NCBI RefSeq assembly: GCF_036321535.1
Contig: NC_087436.1
Span: forward strand, 109,680,001-109,744,000
Direction: 5' to 3'
From: Camelus dromedarius
Taxonomy: Eukaryota
DNA length: 64,000 nt
This document shows positions 62,531 through 64,000 of the stretch, piece by piece. The first letter of the stretch is position 1. The number at the start of each line of letters is the position of its first letter. The notes beneath the pieces were generated by a model. It had not been told where the DNA came from and searched no databases. It was given only the letters and a program-made list of their open reading frames with translations. A program made the translations under genes and the position numbers.

Positions 62531-63967
62531 CAAGACATTTTAGGAAAGAAAGGGCAACAGTGTCAAACATTCCTCAGCAGTCAAATAATGTAAGGACTGG
62601 AAAGTATCTTGTGGATTTAGTGACCTGGGTAAAAACATGTTCTACGTATCAGATCTTCCTGTTGTAATTTCATCAGACTCACCAGCATATTAAGAGTCCC
62701 AGGAGATACTGCAGTAAAGGTACACATTTAACCTTTTTAATACAATGATTTTTGGCATGCATTTGATCTCAGAACCGTTTTGCCCAAAATACTAATCAAT
62801 CCCCCAGGGAACAATTTTTCTGATGACCAGTGGCTGAGAAGCCCTGCATTCCCATGGGAAGCCCTGATCCCAATGCATGGGAGCACCTGCTGTTTCCCCA
62901 GCAGGTTGGTTCTGAGAGCTTTTGCCTAGAAGTCGCTCTCCCACTCACATTTCACAGCGAAGGGAAATACCATCCCCCATACATGTGCAAAGGACTTGAG
63001 TCAACCAAAAATTAGAAAGCTGCTCAAATGACTTCCAAATCTCTTGACCACCTCAGACACACTTACTTGCCCTCCAAGATGTCAGCGAAATGTCATTCTT
63101 TACCGAACTTCATCTCTGCTTCTATATGTACGCTACTGATGTGAACTGTGCTCACCTCTGGAAAGCATTTCTCATATTGTGCTTCACACTCTATAAAGGC
63201 GAGGACTTCATTTTCCTCTGACCTAGTCCAAGTAGCATAGAGACATCTTTAAGAATGATTTCCCGAGTGAGTGCATTAATGACTTTGTGAGCACTGGGTC
63301 TCCAACACCAACCACAGTCCTAGCACACTAAAAAGACACTCAGTAAGCACTAACTGAATCTTTACATAAATGAGTGAAATTATTCGACTGAGCTAAGCCT
63401 CAGTTTCCTTGTCTCAGAAGAGCTTCTGATCATAAAAAGTACCATCTAGAAATTTAACAAGTCTAGGATCTGAGACACAATAAGTCAATATAAGCATTAT
63501 TGCTCTCTCTTTAAAAAAAAATAAAGATGAATTTGGCCTGACATAAGTACAAGACAGTCAATTATTTTTAAGATAATACAAGAACTCTACTTCTCAGTAA
63601 TTTCACTAGTTATTAGTTTCTAATAAAAGAAAAAAGAACAGAATCATCCCAAAATACATTTTACCTTTAAAGGAGAGTTCTGAATAAACTTTGATGATAA
63701 ATAATAGTTTGATGATTTTATATTTAATACTAAATATTACCTGGGGTACACATTTCCTGCATGAATCCCTAGATATATAGCCAATCAATTGCACATGAAG
63801 AAAGCTAGAAGCTAAGAGAAGAGACTTCTAAAACAGTAACTCTTAAGAAACAGATCTCTTTTGCCTGGGAAGGCGTGGGCTGAAAGGGGGTGATACGGAT
63901 CTCTAGATCTTTTTCCTGTGTGCCATCCAATCTCCCCTTCTCCGCTAACCCCATCTGTTTTCTCTAG

Positions 63968-64000
63968 GTGGCCATCCTGAACTTACTGAGTTGTCCGTGT
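63968..64000 (+). other. Start of a probable exon of an unidentified + strand gene (runs off the window)
   Basis: Long pyrimidine tract, branch point gctaac (~63944-63949) and ctgttttctctag|G acceptor; only 33 nt visible. Confidence 0.5.

Noticed and set aside
1..64000. Prokaryotic-type systems (CRISPR arrays, operons, defence islands)
   Set aside because: The sequence is eutherian genomic DNA dominated by MIR, L1, L2 and LTR repeats; there are no regularly spaced repeat-spacer arrays and no gene-dense ORFs

Overview
This is mammalian (eutherian) genomic DNA. It is AT-rich, and I can identify no protein-coding gene; the ORF-track entries are short and mostly fall in repeats. Two copies of a tRNA-derived SINE resembling Vic-1 (GGGGAGGGTATAGCTCAGTGGTAGAG...GAGGTCCTGGGTTCAATCCCCAG), together with artiodactyl-type L1 3' ends, point to a camelid (camel, alpaca or llama) genome. 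The window reads like a long intron or intergenic stretch. It is densely filled with MIR, L2, ancient and younger L1, MaLR (MLT1) and ERV solo LTRs, and hAT/Tigger MER elements, many of them nested. It ends at a very strong + strand splice acceptor (AG at 63966-63967) of an unidentified gene. The most notable items are: (i) two related MER41-like ERV1 solo LTRs inserted convergently 71 bp apart in one MIR, carrying TTC-N3-GAA and TTC-N4-GAA STAT motifs at the homologous position; (ii) a CpG-retaining octamer/X-box/hairpin cluster at about 57.5 kb; (iii) a chain of non-coding minus-strand exon candidates that could form an antisense lncRNA; (iv) an isolated L1 5'UTR plus ORF1 start with no 3' body. 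Repeat subfamily names are recognised by eye from remembered consensus sequences. Boundaries are approximate unless target-site duplications (TSDs) are quoted. I see no evidence of a new multi-gene system.
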